Shown here: piece by piece, positions 52,254 through 64,000 of the stretch | How positions within the stretch are numbered: the stretch's first letter is position 1 | Layout of the letters: every line of letters starts with the position of its first letter | Assembly: GCF_964204645.1 (NCBI RefSeq) | Contig: NC_134035.1 | Location: 1,550,001 to 1,614,000, forward strand | Length of the DNA stretch: 64,000 nucleotides | Source of the DNA: Tubulanus polymorphus | Taxonomy: Eukaryota; Animalia; Nemertea | Reading direction: 5' to 3' | Translations under genes and position numbers: made by a program | Notes under the pieces: generated by a model | Database searches by the model: none | What the model saw: only the letters and a program-made list of their open reading frames with translations | Told to the model about the DNA's origin: nothing

Positions 52254-53038
52254 GTATGAACTATTTTTACGACGCTGCTACTTTACTATTGATTAATTGA
52301 TTTGACTAATATCATTAAGTGCGTGAACAGGGTTGCGCCGCTGACCACGGAATCAGGGTTTAAGTCATTAGTATTTTGTTTAAAACCCTAAAAAATCAGG
52401 GAAATTTGTTGAGATTGCTAGATCACCATAAAATCAAAACAGTTTCCGTCTATGTCTGACTGATTTGACTTGTGTTAGATTGGATTCTCAGCAGACAAGA
52501 CAGGGAAAACAACTGCGTGCATAAGGGAATAGTCTGGGGAAAAGCAAGTCAAATACAAGTGGCCGTCCTGAGGACTTAAGAAATCATATTGTGATTGTCA
52601 AGCCGAGGTCCTTACATCTAGCATGTATACCCTAAATTGATGCTTTTATCCCTGCCCTTGACCCTTAACCAACCTAGATCTTATTCTATTTGTGAATTTG
52701 AGCTTTGAATTGAATGTAAACTAATTCTGGTTTGTAAAACATGCGCGCACTGCTGGACAATCTCATTTCTATGACGTAAATTCAGCTGAAATCATATAAG
52801 ATGATCTGAATTCAATGAAATAAACTGATTTTCAATGCGCCACATTCTGCAGTGCGCTTGTACCGCGTATCTCTACCGGGAGGGATAGTCGAGATATAAA
52901 TTGAATTAAATGACATTAATAATTCATTTTGAATTGCGCGCCGCACGTTCGACGTCTGCTTCCAATCGTCACGTACATCGCGTATTTATTTTCATCAAAT
53001 GTTAAATTGATTGGATCGTTCTGTTTTCTATAATATAG

Positions 53039-53094
53039 GGTCACGTCGAATTCGTCACGCACAGACGACCGAGCACGGTCCAGAAAACTTCCAG
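53039..53094 (+). CDS. RasGEF-domain protein, coding exon 3 (56 nt)
   Basis: TTTTCTATAATATAG|GGT CAC.. GHVEFVTHRRPSTVQKTS, AG|GTACGT; needed to bridge phase 0 to the phase 2 acceptor at 54560. Confidence 0.8.
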
Positions 53095-53896
53095 GTACGT
53101 ATAGTTCGATGAACTCATCACGCGGAGGAGTCAATACTCTGAGGAGATCTGGCTTGTTGTTTATCCCGGTGTGCGTGAAGCCACGCCGCGCCTCGCCGGT
53201 TTATTTACCATCGTGAGAGGATTACGGATTATGATCATCATCGGTCTGTAATGCGATTAGTTGTTATATAAATTAGACATTCAGTCTGATTGAGTAGTTT
53301 GTCCCTGACGTATGCAGTACACACATTGTGTCATTGACTTAGTGCAAGTTAGACAAATTAGCTTCACAGACTTAAAAAAAATGAAAAAATTCAGTTCAAA
53401 AACATGTATACGCGTGTTTAGCCGCGATCATACAAGCATTTTTGGACCGGGCCAAATTTTAACATGGGCCAAATTATTGCGTGTGAATTGCAAATAGTTC
53501 TGGATGACTCACTTCACTTTGTTTTAAGCATTGTTTAGTATCAAGTGAGTGGTTTGTGAACGCGCTCCATAATTAGGCACCGGCCAAATTTGACACTCCG
53601 CCATGATCCGTGCCAATTTGACCCGGGGCAAATCATCGTGTGATCGCAACTATTAGTAAGAAAATAATGACCTCATATTGATAGAAAGCGCATACGTAAT
53701 ACGTCGCCAACAATCTCTTGTCAGGATGTTCACTGAAAGTCCTGATCAATCCATTCGAAAATGACCGTGCCTGTAAGTAGAACCTCACGACCAAATGAAC
53801 CGACGAATGTTCACCTCCGTAAATCTGTTGATTGTCACGGATTTAGAATCTGTGGGTGGTTGATTAATTTTAACTAGTACCGGTAGTGTAGTTCTG

Positions 53897-53898
<2 letters not shown>

Positions 53899-53952
<54 letters not shown>
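53899..53952. repeat. (TA)n microsatellite (another at about 21977-22045; (GAT)n at about 10685-10718)
   Basis: Direct inspection. Confidence 0.95.
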
Positions 53953-53956
<4 letters not shown>

Positions 53957-54559
53957 ATTCGTTCATCGTATTCATAAAGCTGTAATCATCAGCTCGTGAT
54001 AGGTCGTTTCGTGAACATTCTCACTGCCTTTTCTTCGGATCGTGGATTCATATTTTCGTAATTGATCATTATTGAATATCTAGGTATGCTTTGTTTGTCT
54101 AAGTGTTTTAACCTAATCTTAACAAGTAAAAGTCGTTTGTAATGCCACTTTTAGGACATGAAAAAAATATGGTGTTATAACGAATTTGGCATCATAAAGA
54201 ATTATATATGTTCATTGAATTTGAGTCAGGAGCAAATTTGTTCACTGAAAAATGTTGGCGTTAAGAGAACAGTTGCATTAAAAAGTTATAATGAACTTTG
54301 ACTGTACTTGGTGGACAGATTTTTGCCAAGAAAGAAAGGAAGGGCAAAGAGAAAAAATATCACTATGATTATGATGAAAATACAGAGAAAATATTTTTGA
54401 TAATTTCATCTGATGTTTTTGGCAGAATTCTGATTGTCAGATCAGTATTCCCACCAGTTTAGATAGACTCTTCTGATATTTTTTTGTTAAAAATCTACTA
54501 CAAAATCTTATTTTCAAAAATTGCATATTTCTAACGATCGCCTCTTTTTTTTATCGCAG

Positions 54560-54684
54560 GTCGATGCATTTAATACGCTCTACGAACGAGTTGGAAACGA
54601 TACAAAGTTGTTCGTCGTTGGAAAGTATTAACGACGTTGTAGAGGATGTGCGTAGATCGTCTGTCACTCCCGACAGTAGCCCTG
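54560..54684 (+). CDS. RasGEF-domain protein, coding exon 4
   Basis: TTTTTTTTATCGCAG|G TCG ATG.. (R)SMHLIRSTNELETIQSCSSLESINDVVEDVRRSSVTPDSSP, G|GTAAGA; phase 2 to 1. Confidence 0.82.
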
Positions 54685-54709
54685 GTAAGAAAGCAGCAAA
54701 ACCTGCTAT

Positions 54710-54990
54710 AAGCCGCCATTGCACAAGTGTTTTTGGCCCGAGCCAAATCTGGACAGTGCCAGATTAGGCCTCACTAGGCCCGAGTCAAATTTTAGCAGGG
54801 TCTAATGATTGCGTGCGAATTGCAACTGGTTCCAGAAATGATTCTCTTTGCTTTGTTTAAGCATTGTTTAGTATCAAGTGAGTGGTTTAAATGTGAATGC
54901 GCCCTTTGATTAGGCACGGGCCAAATTTGACTCGAGCCTGATCCGAACAACTTTAACCCGGGGCCAAATCATCTCCGTGTGATCGCGGCT
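54710..54990. mobile_element. MITE family with AGCCGCGATCACAC-type TIRs and internal GGCCAAATTTG repeats (copies at about 7599-7690, 8583-8840, 9180-9285, 45865-46060, 53420-53651, 58790-59030)
   Basis: Termini AGCCGCCATTGCAC...GTGTGATCGCGGCT; recurrent internal blocks such as TTTAGTATCAAGTGAGTGGTTT. Confidence 0.7.
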
Positions 54991-55999
54991 ATATCCAGCA
55001 GCTTTTATTTTCTCGTAGAACTGCAGCGAGCGAACGAACGAACGTCTTCAATCTAATCACGACCGACTTCAAACGATTCGTCAGATTAAATTTGACGTAT
55101 GTTTCGGACGTCATCGCTGTCTAGATAATTAATCAGACATTTCATCAAGAAATCACGCTTAAGCTTTCATACTAACCGAGATCCTACATGAGATATTTTG
55201 TATTGTATTTATTGCGATTCATTTCTTTTCATCTTTCTTTATTTATATCGTAATGACTGCGTTTGTATAACAGAATCAATCTTACCGAAGGTCATTTCGT
55301 TATCTGGATATGTTAGCTAGATAGGTTGTTGTTAGTATTGGAAAATTGTCACCATTGATCTGACTAATTGTAAGAAAACACTCGTCTCTACTAATAGCTC
55401 CGTTACAGTAGAGCAGTAGACTTAGCCTTACTCTGTGTCGGTCAACTCGGCAAACCTGTTCTCAAGTCTGAATTTTACAAACAAACATTTTCTTGGAAAG
55501 ATTTTCAATCTCTCCGTTCATCGACTCGGCGAAATATTTACAGCAGTCCCGACTCTACCCGAGCTCCCTGATTCTCGATGATCCTGAGGTCGTCTGATTC
55601 TAAACTCGGTAGAAAATCTAGGATCCTTAGTTCCCGGATTCTTTACTCAATTTGATTTGGTCGACTATTTCAAGTCAGTGAATTTTACAAACACTCATTC
55701 GACAATACTTTCAATTTCCTTCATTTCCAACCCAGAATCCGGTCAACTCGGGTGACATATTCAATCCCAATGCTACCATGTAAGATGGAGTGTACAGTTA
55801 TTTGTATCGATGTATTTTAGGTAACCTGCCCTTTTAACGTGTATACCCTGGACCCAGTTCCACAGTACTAAGTTAGAACTAACTCTGAGTTAAAATTTGT
55901 TCATTTTCATTTAGAGTCAAATCTTAACTCACGACTGTGGAACTGGGTCCATTTTCTTTTTTTGTTCTCGAAATCTTATTTTATTTGTCTTGTCTATAG

Positions 56000-56354
56000 T
56001 TACAGCGAGACAGCGAGATGATAGTATTCAACAACCACCACCAGCGACGTTCACGCGTAAACCAATATTCAGTCAATCGGTCACGAAAACCAGCCCTACC
56101 TCATCAGCAGCCGTGACGCCGGTCGACGGCGGCGGCGGCAAGAAAACCATCTTTCAACGAATCTCTGCGAAATCGATTTACAAATTCCAGAACAAATCGT
56201 CGTCGAACGACAAACGAACGAAATTACGCAACAAACTTCGCAAAATGCTGAAATTCAAAGCGTTGAAAGACGACGCATCGTCTACTGCGGACGAAAACAG
56301 AATGTTGGGTCAAGTGAAATTTGATATTATACAACGACGACTCAGCTCGAAATG
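56000..56354 (+). CDS. RasGEF-domain protein, coding exon 5
   Basis: TTTGTCTTGTCTATAG|TT ACA.. (V)TARQRDDSIQQPPP..IIQRRLSSK, TG|GTAAGA; phase 1 to 2. An in-frame alternative acceptor lies 6 nt downstream (TACAG, 56005). Confidence 0.85.
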
Positions 56355-57042
56355 GTAAGAAATTAAGAGTTTTTCGGCGGGTGAAGGTCGGCCTTGTGAT
56401 GGTTTGCTGGCAGTTGCTGTGAATTGCGTTGCCAGCGATACCAGTCACATGTTCTACTTTCTGCGATACGACCGTCTCTTCCAGTTGTAACCGACATACA
56501 CTGCTCTTGTCACTGATAGAGACTAGTGTCACACCATCGCTGTCAATCCCCTCTCCCCTCTCTTCCCTACGCCTCCACTCGCGATGCAAAGGCCAACTAT
56601 GCCCGGCTTAGGGAATGAATTTTTCCACAATCGTTTAACTGACTAATTATTTATCATTTCTTTGGAAAATTCAACCCAATTTATACAATTCTCGCGATAA
56701 TTAATGATTGAAGCGTCAATTTTGAAAGGAATCTTCATTTGATTCGATGTCTCGAATCTGTTGACTGTATACAACATTTGAGCAACTGTCCCTTTAAGTC
56801 TATTTTGTCCCGATACGATAAAGTTAAGATAAGATTTTTTAAGAGAAGTTTGGACCCTCTACGTGACGTCACTCCTCGCGCGCTGTTCTTTTAACTGATA
56901 TCATTTGTAACCAAGGTCACCCTAAATATCAACTTCGTTACTGCTTTCATTGTCTGCTTTTAATCAGCAGTTTAATACAGCAACAACATCAGGTACTTGA
57001 ACTTTGCTAGTTGAATATATCTGTGTGTGATGTATTTTGCAG

Positions 57043-57208
57043 CGGACTCGTGTTGGACCCGGAAGACGACGACCGAATGGTGATCGCGTTCTTGTTGAAT
57101 CTGAGTCCGACGATCGTCGCCGAGGAACTCACGATGATCGATAAACGTCTGTTCTTTAACATTCCAAGTTCGGAACTCGTCGACTGCGCGTGGACGAAAC
57201 GCGACAAG
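57043..57208 (+). CDS. RasGEF-domain protein, coding exon 6 (start of CDC25 domain)
   Basis: TATTTTGCAG|C GGA..; LSPTIVAEELTMIDKRLFFNIPSSELVDCAWTKRDK matches the CDC25 motif (P..lA.qLT..d..lF..I...El....W.k); AAG|GTGAGA. Confidence 0.92.
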
Positions 57209-57243
57209 GTGAGAGAAAGGAGTCCGAGTTGTTTCGTTATGTT

Positions 57244-57688
57244 GCAGCCATGTTCATGATAAAAATTAGTTTATAACGAGAAAATTTCTTGGAAATCATT
57301 GCCTGAAGCTGGATTTTTAGTGCAATGCTGGCCATGGCCATCTGGGGAACCAGCAAAAACTGAGGTGGCATGGCTTCAATAAGAGGATAAAGAGGATCCT
57401 GCTGTTCTTGGCTACTCTAAAACAGTTCTCTGACAGCACACGATCGTTGAAACTATGATTGAATTGCAGTCATGTTCATGATTAAAATCAATTTGTTAAG
57501 ATGATTAAAGTTGGTTTGTAATGAGAAAACTTCTTGAAAATCATTGCCTGAAGCTGGATTTTTAGTTTTTAGATCATCGCTATGTAGGGGCACCAGCGAA
57601 AACTGAGCAGACGTGGCTCCAATCAGAGGATGAAATTCTGCTGTTTTTCGTTACTAAGTTACTCTAAAACAGTTCTCTGTCAACACGC
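57244..57688. repeat. Intronic tandem duplication (about 220-bp unit)
   Basis: Shared blocks TCATTGCCTGAAGCTGGATTTTTAGT and TACTCTAAAACAGTTCTCTG each occur twice. Confidence 0.8.
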
Positions 57689-57747
57689 GCGTGCACCTGC
57701 CTTATTTCACGTTAATTGAATTGTCATTAATCATGTTTTAATTGCAG

Positions 57748-57876
57748 TATATGAAAGCTCCGAATATAATGAATTTGATCGACTTTTTCGAACGAATAGC
57801 GAATCTAGTCGCTACGTGTATTCTACTGGACGAAACGATCGCGGGACGAGCGAAACTCATTAATCTATTCATCGCT
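57748..57876 (+). CDS. RasGEF-domain protein, coding exon 7
   Basis: TTAATTGCAG|YMKAPNIMNLIDFFERIANLVATCILLDETIAGRAKLINLFIA|GTAAGT; typical APN..F......V...IL......RA.....FI motif; phase 0 to 0. Confidence 0.92.
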
Positions 57877-58638
57877 GTAAGTATTTGAATGAACCCTCTG
57901 TCTATTCATAGAACGCCTCTTAAAGTTTCATAAGTCACGAGTCGAACTGTGAAACTGGTGCCAGGTTAAAACAGTAATCTTGTAATGTAGTCAATGAAAT
58001 CACTGCTGTAGCAATGGGGATTCCACTTGGGGCAAGCGAGTACCTGCTCAGGAATCCTTGTATGCAGTAGGACATCAAATACTGCGGGTTCCACTTGTGA
58101 GGATCCACCAGATGTGCAGTAGAACGTCGATCAGCTTGTATTGCGATAGAAGATTCCGCTTGTCGCAAGCGAAGTTCTTCCAGGTGGCGCTGGTAGATGA
58201 TCGGTCCAGATCGTTTTATTCTAATGCCTCCTCATAGTTTCCATAGTGACTCGAGTCTATTTGAAACCTGCGGTCTATAAAAACAAACATCCCAGAGCAG
58301 GGATTAGTTTTCAATTTGAAAAACGGAATTAATTTTGTAACGAACGACTTATTTCTACAGCTCGCGCTATGACGGTTTCATGATACAAATCCTTTGATAA
58401 ATGAACCCACAATTTCGTAGATATATTTATTCATTGTTAACGTTTCACAATTTTAAGTAAATCTCAACATCACAGACACCAAAATGAAAATAGTCTTGAC
58501 TGTCTATTTACAAATTAGTAGCACATACCTGAAAGGTCTTAATAGGACGAGAATGAACGGGCAGTTGAACTATAACATTGATTTCTAATCCATTATCAGT
58601 CATACGAATTCATGTTTGAATGTTCTGTTTTTTTCTAG

Positions 58639-58772
58639 ATCGCCGATCGCTGTTACAGCGTGAAGAACTATAATTCGTTACGCGCTATTCTCGGTGGTTT
58701 ACAGTTGACTCCGATTTATCGGTTAGAAGATACGTGGAACCACGTAATGCACAAATCACCTCGAAAATACAA
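58639..58772 (+). CDS. RasGEF-domain protein, coding exon 8
   Basis: TTTTTTCTAG|IADRCYSVKNYNSLRAILGGLQLTPIYRLEDTWNHVMHKSPRKY, AA|GTAAGT; N.NS..AI..GL...PI.RL..TW signature. Confidence 0.93.
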
Positions 58773-59116
58773 GTAAGTTATCTTAGCATTCGGACCCTTT
58801 ATTGTAAGCGTTTTTGGAACAACTGTTCACATGTGTGCCAAATGGGCCCATGCCTGTTTGGCCCGACCAAAACCATTGGATCGGGCCCGCGTCAAATTTT
58901 AGGGTGGGTCAAATTATTGCCTTTGAATTGCTACAGGGTTCCAGAACTGTTTAAGAGAATTGTTTAGTACGGAGTGAGTGGTTTATTTGTGTGCGACTCA
59001 ACCTGATCCATGCTGTGGGATCACGCGGCTTATAGTTCATCCAAATTCAAACTTTTCTCCCATTGAGTTTTTTTCTCCGTCGAGAATTCATTTTGTGATG
59101 TTGTTTCAATTTTCAG

Positions 59117-59223
59117 GAGATTTGCTTATTTGTCCGATTTTATGAGTCACGAAAATAACTATTCAGAGTATCGCACAGCGCTTGAGAAAGCATTAGATAA
59201 TCCTCCATGTTTACCATTCATTG
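59117..59223 (+). CDS. RasGEF-domain protein, coding exon 9
   Basis: ATTTTCAG|G AGA.. (K)RFAYLSDFMSHENNYSEYRTALEKALDNPPCLPFI, G|GTAGGT; N...YR and PC.PF.G motifs. Confidence 0.92.
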
Positions 59224-59565
59224 GTAGGTAACGTTTTCATATTACCCACAATTACAGGCGCGTTGGAAGCAATTTTTGATTGCTGCGGCCAAATGCCGAT
59301 TTTGGACAGGTTCTAAATATTGTCGCGGCGAATTTACTTAATTTCTTCAAAAACGTATTCAATGGAAAAAAAAGTCATTCAGTAAATTATTGCCGCAGTT
59401 TTAGCCGCTGTAGTCACTGCACTTCCAACGCCACTGAATTATTAATCAACATTTTGGTATATTCCAAAAATTCTGTGAAATTTCCCTAAAAAACATCTAC
59501 AAACTACTATAACTTGAACAATAGTCTTGGACTCATAAGAGAATGTTTTCCTCACCTTCAAACAG

Positions 59566-59663
59566 GTATATTTCTACAAACTGTGATGGCGTTAGACACC
59601 GCTCAAGATGTTAGTGGACTCAAAAAGAAGAAAAAGAAGCCAAATGTTGATGAGAAAACGACT
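59566..59663 (+). CDS. RasGEF-domain protein, coding exon 10
   Basis: CCTTCAAACAG|GT ATA.. (G)IFLQTVMALDTAQDVSGLKKKKKKPNVDEKTT|GTAAGT; phase 1 to 0. Confidence 0.85.
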
Positions 59664-60119
59664 GTAAGTATCGATTATGAATTTGTGATAAACTCAAGTC
59701 TCACTGAGAAAATAATGGACAACCCTGGGCACTGGTACCTAGAATGTCACTTCTCTCCACCTACAAAATCATGGTGGCCTCTGACCTGGAGAATCTGGAT
59801 AAAATCTAGAAAAAATCAGTTAAAACTCAGGAGCCAGTTTTTAAGACTGGTATAACCTTTAACCCAGGGGCAAACTCAATTCAGTATCAATTGAGTTAGC
59901 CCCTGGGTTAAAGGTAATAACAGTCTATGAAACCAGTCCCAGAGGATTTATAAATGGGCGGTTAACTGGCCACCCAGTTGGTAACTTTAAGCTTGTAATA
60001 TACATGAAAATCAACTCAACTGATGATTTTACTTGAATTTCCGGAGCAGTTATAGACACTGGATTACTACGAAACACTTCTAATCAGTTAATAGAAATAT
60101 TGTCTTATTATTTCACCAG

Positions 60120-60560
60120 GAAAGTGATCATGCGGCGACCGGATCGCGCAGAACGTCCGTTTACCAACATGCCAAAGATAAAATGAATAAATTGCTGCAT
60201 TTACTGAAAGACGAAGACGAACCTTTCGATCCGAACAATAACGCGGACAGCGACGACGACGAGCAGACGGTCGACGCGTCGTCCAGTCGTAACACGAGTC
60301 AAGGCAGTCGACATCACAAACTATCGATATTTGATCTCAGCGACGACGACCTGTCGGACGACGACGGCGGCGTCGCGAAGGAAAAACCGGCGTTCATGAG
60401 CATGAAACCGAAGGATATGTTATTTCACTATCAGATCGCCGCGTTGGAATATAACTACGCGCAGAACGACGCCGTGCGCGAGTTCCTGCTGCGCGCGCAA
60501 TACAAAACGGACGAAGAGAATTATCGCGTATCGTTACAACGCGAACCAAAACGGCAATAA
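60120..60560 (+). CDS. RasGEF-domain protein, last coding exon
   Basis: TATTTCACCAG|GAA AGT..; ends ..YQIAALEYNYAQNDAVREFL..DEENYRVSLQREPKRQ* (typical CDC25 C-terminal S...EP motif). The joined CDS is 2811 nt = 936 aa plus stop. Confidence 0.9.
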   Translation, partial: ESDHAATGSRRTSVYQHAKDKMNKLLHLLKDEDEPFDPNNNADSDDDEQTVDASSSRNTSQGSRHHKLSIFDLSDDDLSDDDGGVAKEKPAFMSMKPKDMLFHYQIAALEYNYAQNDAVREFLLRAQYKTDEENYRVSLQREPKRQ

Positions 60561-62121
60561 TCCCGCGAGATATCGAGATCTTAATAGTTACAATGGTATT
60601 AATAATAATAATAATAATAATGTTTTTCTCGTTAATTTTCTACCATTTACATGCAGATAAAAAAGCTGAATATTTATAAAATGAAATCATTAATGTTTTG
60701 ACACGATTTCTGCCATTTCAGAACATATTAATACTGATAGTTAAGTTGTGCCAGTACGGTAAATGATTTGGAAAATGTGGATTTTGATATTACCGATAAA
60801 TTTGTGCCTGTTCATCTTCGACTTTTTACGTCGAGATGACTATTGAGAATATTTTGAAATGAGAGCGTTCTTTATTCTTTGATATAAAGTAAACTCTAAT
60901 GAGCGAGAATTTTTCTATTTAGAAAAATCGATATTCGTAATTGTTAATGATAATAATGCGTCAGTTGTGAAATCTTGTCGTCCTTTCTCGAAAAAAAGCA
61001 TTTAACGTGTACAGATTTTTTCTATTTCAAGTATACATAATAATGAAATACTGAGGCTGTGGTTTTAAAGTTAAAACTTACCCGTGGGTCATTTATTGTC
61101 AGTGGCACCGAAATTGTTCTGAGATACGAAAAAATTGTGATAAACCGTGTTACCTTTTAGTTTTATTCGGTTGAAATTTATAATTCAGCGCCTCTTCACG
61201 AGAGACTTTTTACCTTATTTAAACCCTCTAAAATGATTTTAATGATTTTAGAAGGAATAGATCTTTCAGTTTTAGGGCAGATGCTTTTAACGTTCGCAGC
61301 CACATTTCAGCTATCGATCTCTCGATGTCCGTAAATGTGGACGGAATATTTTTAGGAATATGGAAAATTTTTTTATTTGAGATTTATTTTAAGATACTCG
61401 TACTGAAAGTACTTCAAACAAAAACCAACTCAGCCATACTATGTATATATAGATATATATTTATATCGATTTCATTTTTGTTGTAAAATCCAGAACCCAG
61501 TTGCACAGTGTTGTCAGTTTATCTTTGAGTAGTCGAGATAAGTTATTGTTTTCATGCAGCTATCAATTCGTAGCCCGGAACCAGCCCTTTCAGCAGACAC
61601 CAGGGAAGAGGCTGCAACGGTAAAGAAATTGCAGTCAAATTGGCTTGAGTCATCCTAGCTGGGACGATCATTATGTCGATGACTTATATCTAAATGACAA
61701 ATTAGGCTTTCAAATTGAACTGGAAATACTCTAATTGTAGACTCAAAAATAGTGACGACTTCAGATATGTACCGTAATGAATTATCCTAAAGACTACTTT
61801 GCAAAATTTGAGTGTGTAGATTATCTGAAGCGTAGGGCTACAGGATGCAGGCTACAGATTGATAACTTGATTGTAAATTTGAACTGAAAATTGTGCAGCT
61901 GGTTTCGGGTGAAATGAGTTTGTTTCCTATAAACCTATAGTTGAGCTAAGGTCGCTGTCTTTCTCCTCCGACGCGCTTCGTTGATTTTATGCCACCCTGT
62001 CGTCTCTGTTCTTCCCTCCCCGGTTTTTCCAAAAGAACTAAAACTAACTGAACGACATTTCTGCTGTTACTGGATGTGTTGCATTCCAGGTGTTTTTTAT
62101 ACTGTGCTGAATTTCTCGAAA

Positions 62122-62127
62122 AATAAA
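62122..62127 (+). terminator. Candidate polyadenylation signal of the RasGEF gene
   Basis: AATAAA followed about 30 nt later by a GT/T-rich tract (TTGTGCTGTTGTTGTTTTTGG). Confidence 0.5.
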
Positions 62128-62477
62128 ATATGAAAATTTGATTTAAATTTCATTGTGCTGTTGTTGTTTTTGGATGGGTTGATGCCAGGTTTTTCAAGAC
62201 ACTGCTTCAGAAAAGGACACTAGGGGTCATTCATCTGGTCTGAGGATTATATCCTAATCTGATTTGCTCCATCCTGGGCCCAAGGTATGATAAAATACCC
62301 TTTCCAAAACAGATATCGAAGATTGCTATAAATTTTTTCACTGGGTTATAGTTCGCCGGAAATCCGCCAATATGATAAACCCATGAAAGATGATTTCTTT
62401 AAATGCATTCATGGATTGAAAACTTGATCAAACTACCGTTAGATTAGTTAATTGGGCAACGTAATTGATTAGTTACT

Positions 62478-62740
62478 AACGTGTTTGAACTTATTTAGAA
62501 ACGACTGTATGATTTCTGATTGACAGGTATCTGGCGGGATCTGGGATATACAACAAGAGAAACAGGCTTTTCTAAATAAGTTGATAATTATATGTGATGA
62601 AACCTGACGTCTCAAACGTGTTGAACTTGTATAGAAACGACTGTATGATTTCAGTTTGACAGGTATCAGGCGGGATCTGTGCTGTACAACAACCAGTCGT
62701 TTCTAGCTAAGTTGATAATCTGATATGATGAAACCTGACG
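62478..62740. repeat. Tandem duplication (about 135-bp unit)
   Basis: AGAAACGACTGTATGATTTC..TTGACAGGTATC.GGCGGGATCTG..AAGTTGATAAT..TGATGAAACCTGACG occurs twice. Confidence 0.8.
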
Positions 62741-64000
62741 GGGGGCCAAATCTGAACATCAGATTTTCAACACCTTTATGGAGGGTCGAACTAAACGTAG
62801 GTTCATAGGAAAATAAACTCATTGCCCAGACCCGTCCCCATTCAGTTTCAATAATATCGAAAACGACCTCACCCAATATTCCTGCCATACAACGCGTACA
62901 CTAGATTTACATTTGCCTTTATTTCCATTTTCATATACATTTCAGTGTTTTGATTTGATGGATCAAAGATTTTTTAATCTATGCTCTGTCGCAATCTAGC
63001 AGGTTTCACTTATTTGACATGTATTAACAAATTATAAATCATATTTTTCAGTACAGAAGTTTACAGGTCGCGTGATTAAGATCAATGCCCAGCGTCGCGC
63101 AGGATTAACTTTACAACGACCGTGACTGGGACGTGACATTGTGTACCCGATACATGAATCAGTTGGAAATATATGTCATACGACACACGGATAGGACCAA
63201 ATTCGGTTTTCGTATCTATTCGACGGGTTGTCGGAACTAATAACCGAATGCGGCTTATTTCCGAACTATTTCCGGAATATAGTTCCGACTTACTGACGGT
63301 TTCGGTTTCACTAAGTTCGACTATATAGTTGCCCAGATGATCGAAGTTGGGCCAGGCTTACGTTTTAGTTGTATCGATTCCGGAGTATTAGCTCAAAGCA
63401 CAGGGCGGGAGACTGGATCGCTACTGTTCACCGTCAAACTTCAAATACGAGCCCAGAGACTCAAAGCAGCTGCAACTAAACAATATGGGATTCATTTTTT
63501 GGAATACGAGTTCATCTGAACCATCAACTTATCGTTCATATCTGGATTTACAAAACTGAAACGATCAGTCAAAACTGTTATCGCAGAATACTCGCCGAAT
63601 AAATGCTCGATTTCGTTGAAGATTGTGACGAATCTGTAAGGAATAAACTAGTGCAATATCGGGATATAATAATCTGATAGTGTATCGGACAATGCGCGAG
63701 TTCATCGGAATAATAATCATACGTGATCGCTCTTTGAAGTGAAACAGACTTATGTTAGATTACGTGCGAGATTGATAAGATATGATTTATTTTCAAACCG
63801 CGGTTGTAAAGTTGGATTCCTGTTTGTTGTTTGTAAACTGATTCCTGTATTTAACTCGTACATTCAAACTCATCGTTCACATCTGGATGAAAACTGCAGC
63901 AATCAATGTAAGAACTGATCATAGAATATAAACGTGTGTATTCTCGTGGGATTATAAGTTCGAACAATGTTGATCGGAATAGTTTTCAAATGTGATCGCT

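Noticed and set aside
57935-58280. Antisense exon-like segment in a RasGEF intron
   Set aside because: Stops in the candidate frames and no recognisable homology.

Overview
Eukaryotic (invertebrate, probably protostome; inferred from gene content) genomic DNA with spliceosomal GT-AG introns, AT-rich and repeat-rich. It holds two head-to-head protein-coding genes. (1) Minus strand, from about 30.8 kb to beyond position 1: the 5' end of a twitchin/projectin (unc-22/bent-type) giant muscle-protein gene. Three N-terminal I-set Ig domains can be assembled in phase using two microexons (13 nt and 7 nt). A separate exon at 4678-4961 encodes an alternative N-terminus or linker of LKPV/KRQS repeats. 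(2) Plus strand, about 33.9-62.1 kb: a complete gene with 11 coding exons encoding a predicted 936-aa protein with an N-terminal PH-like fold, a long charged disordered region and a divergent C-terminal CDC25/RasGEF domain without an evident REM domain. Introns and the intergenic region carry several MITE families (piggyBac-, Harbinger-, hAT- and Mutator-like), minisatellites, and at least six palindromic remnants containing minimal hammerhead-ribozyme cores of the Penelope-like-element type, including a 0.5-kb near-perfect palindrome between the two promoters. An intronless TATA/Kozak ORF interrupted only by TGA codons lies in twitchin intron 1. No tRNA, rRNA, CRISPR array or intact transposase/RT ORF was found. 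All exon structures and alignments were derived by eye; no database search was run.
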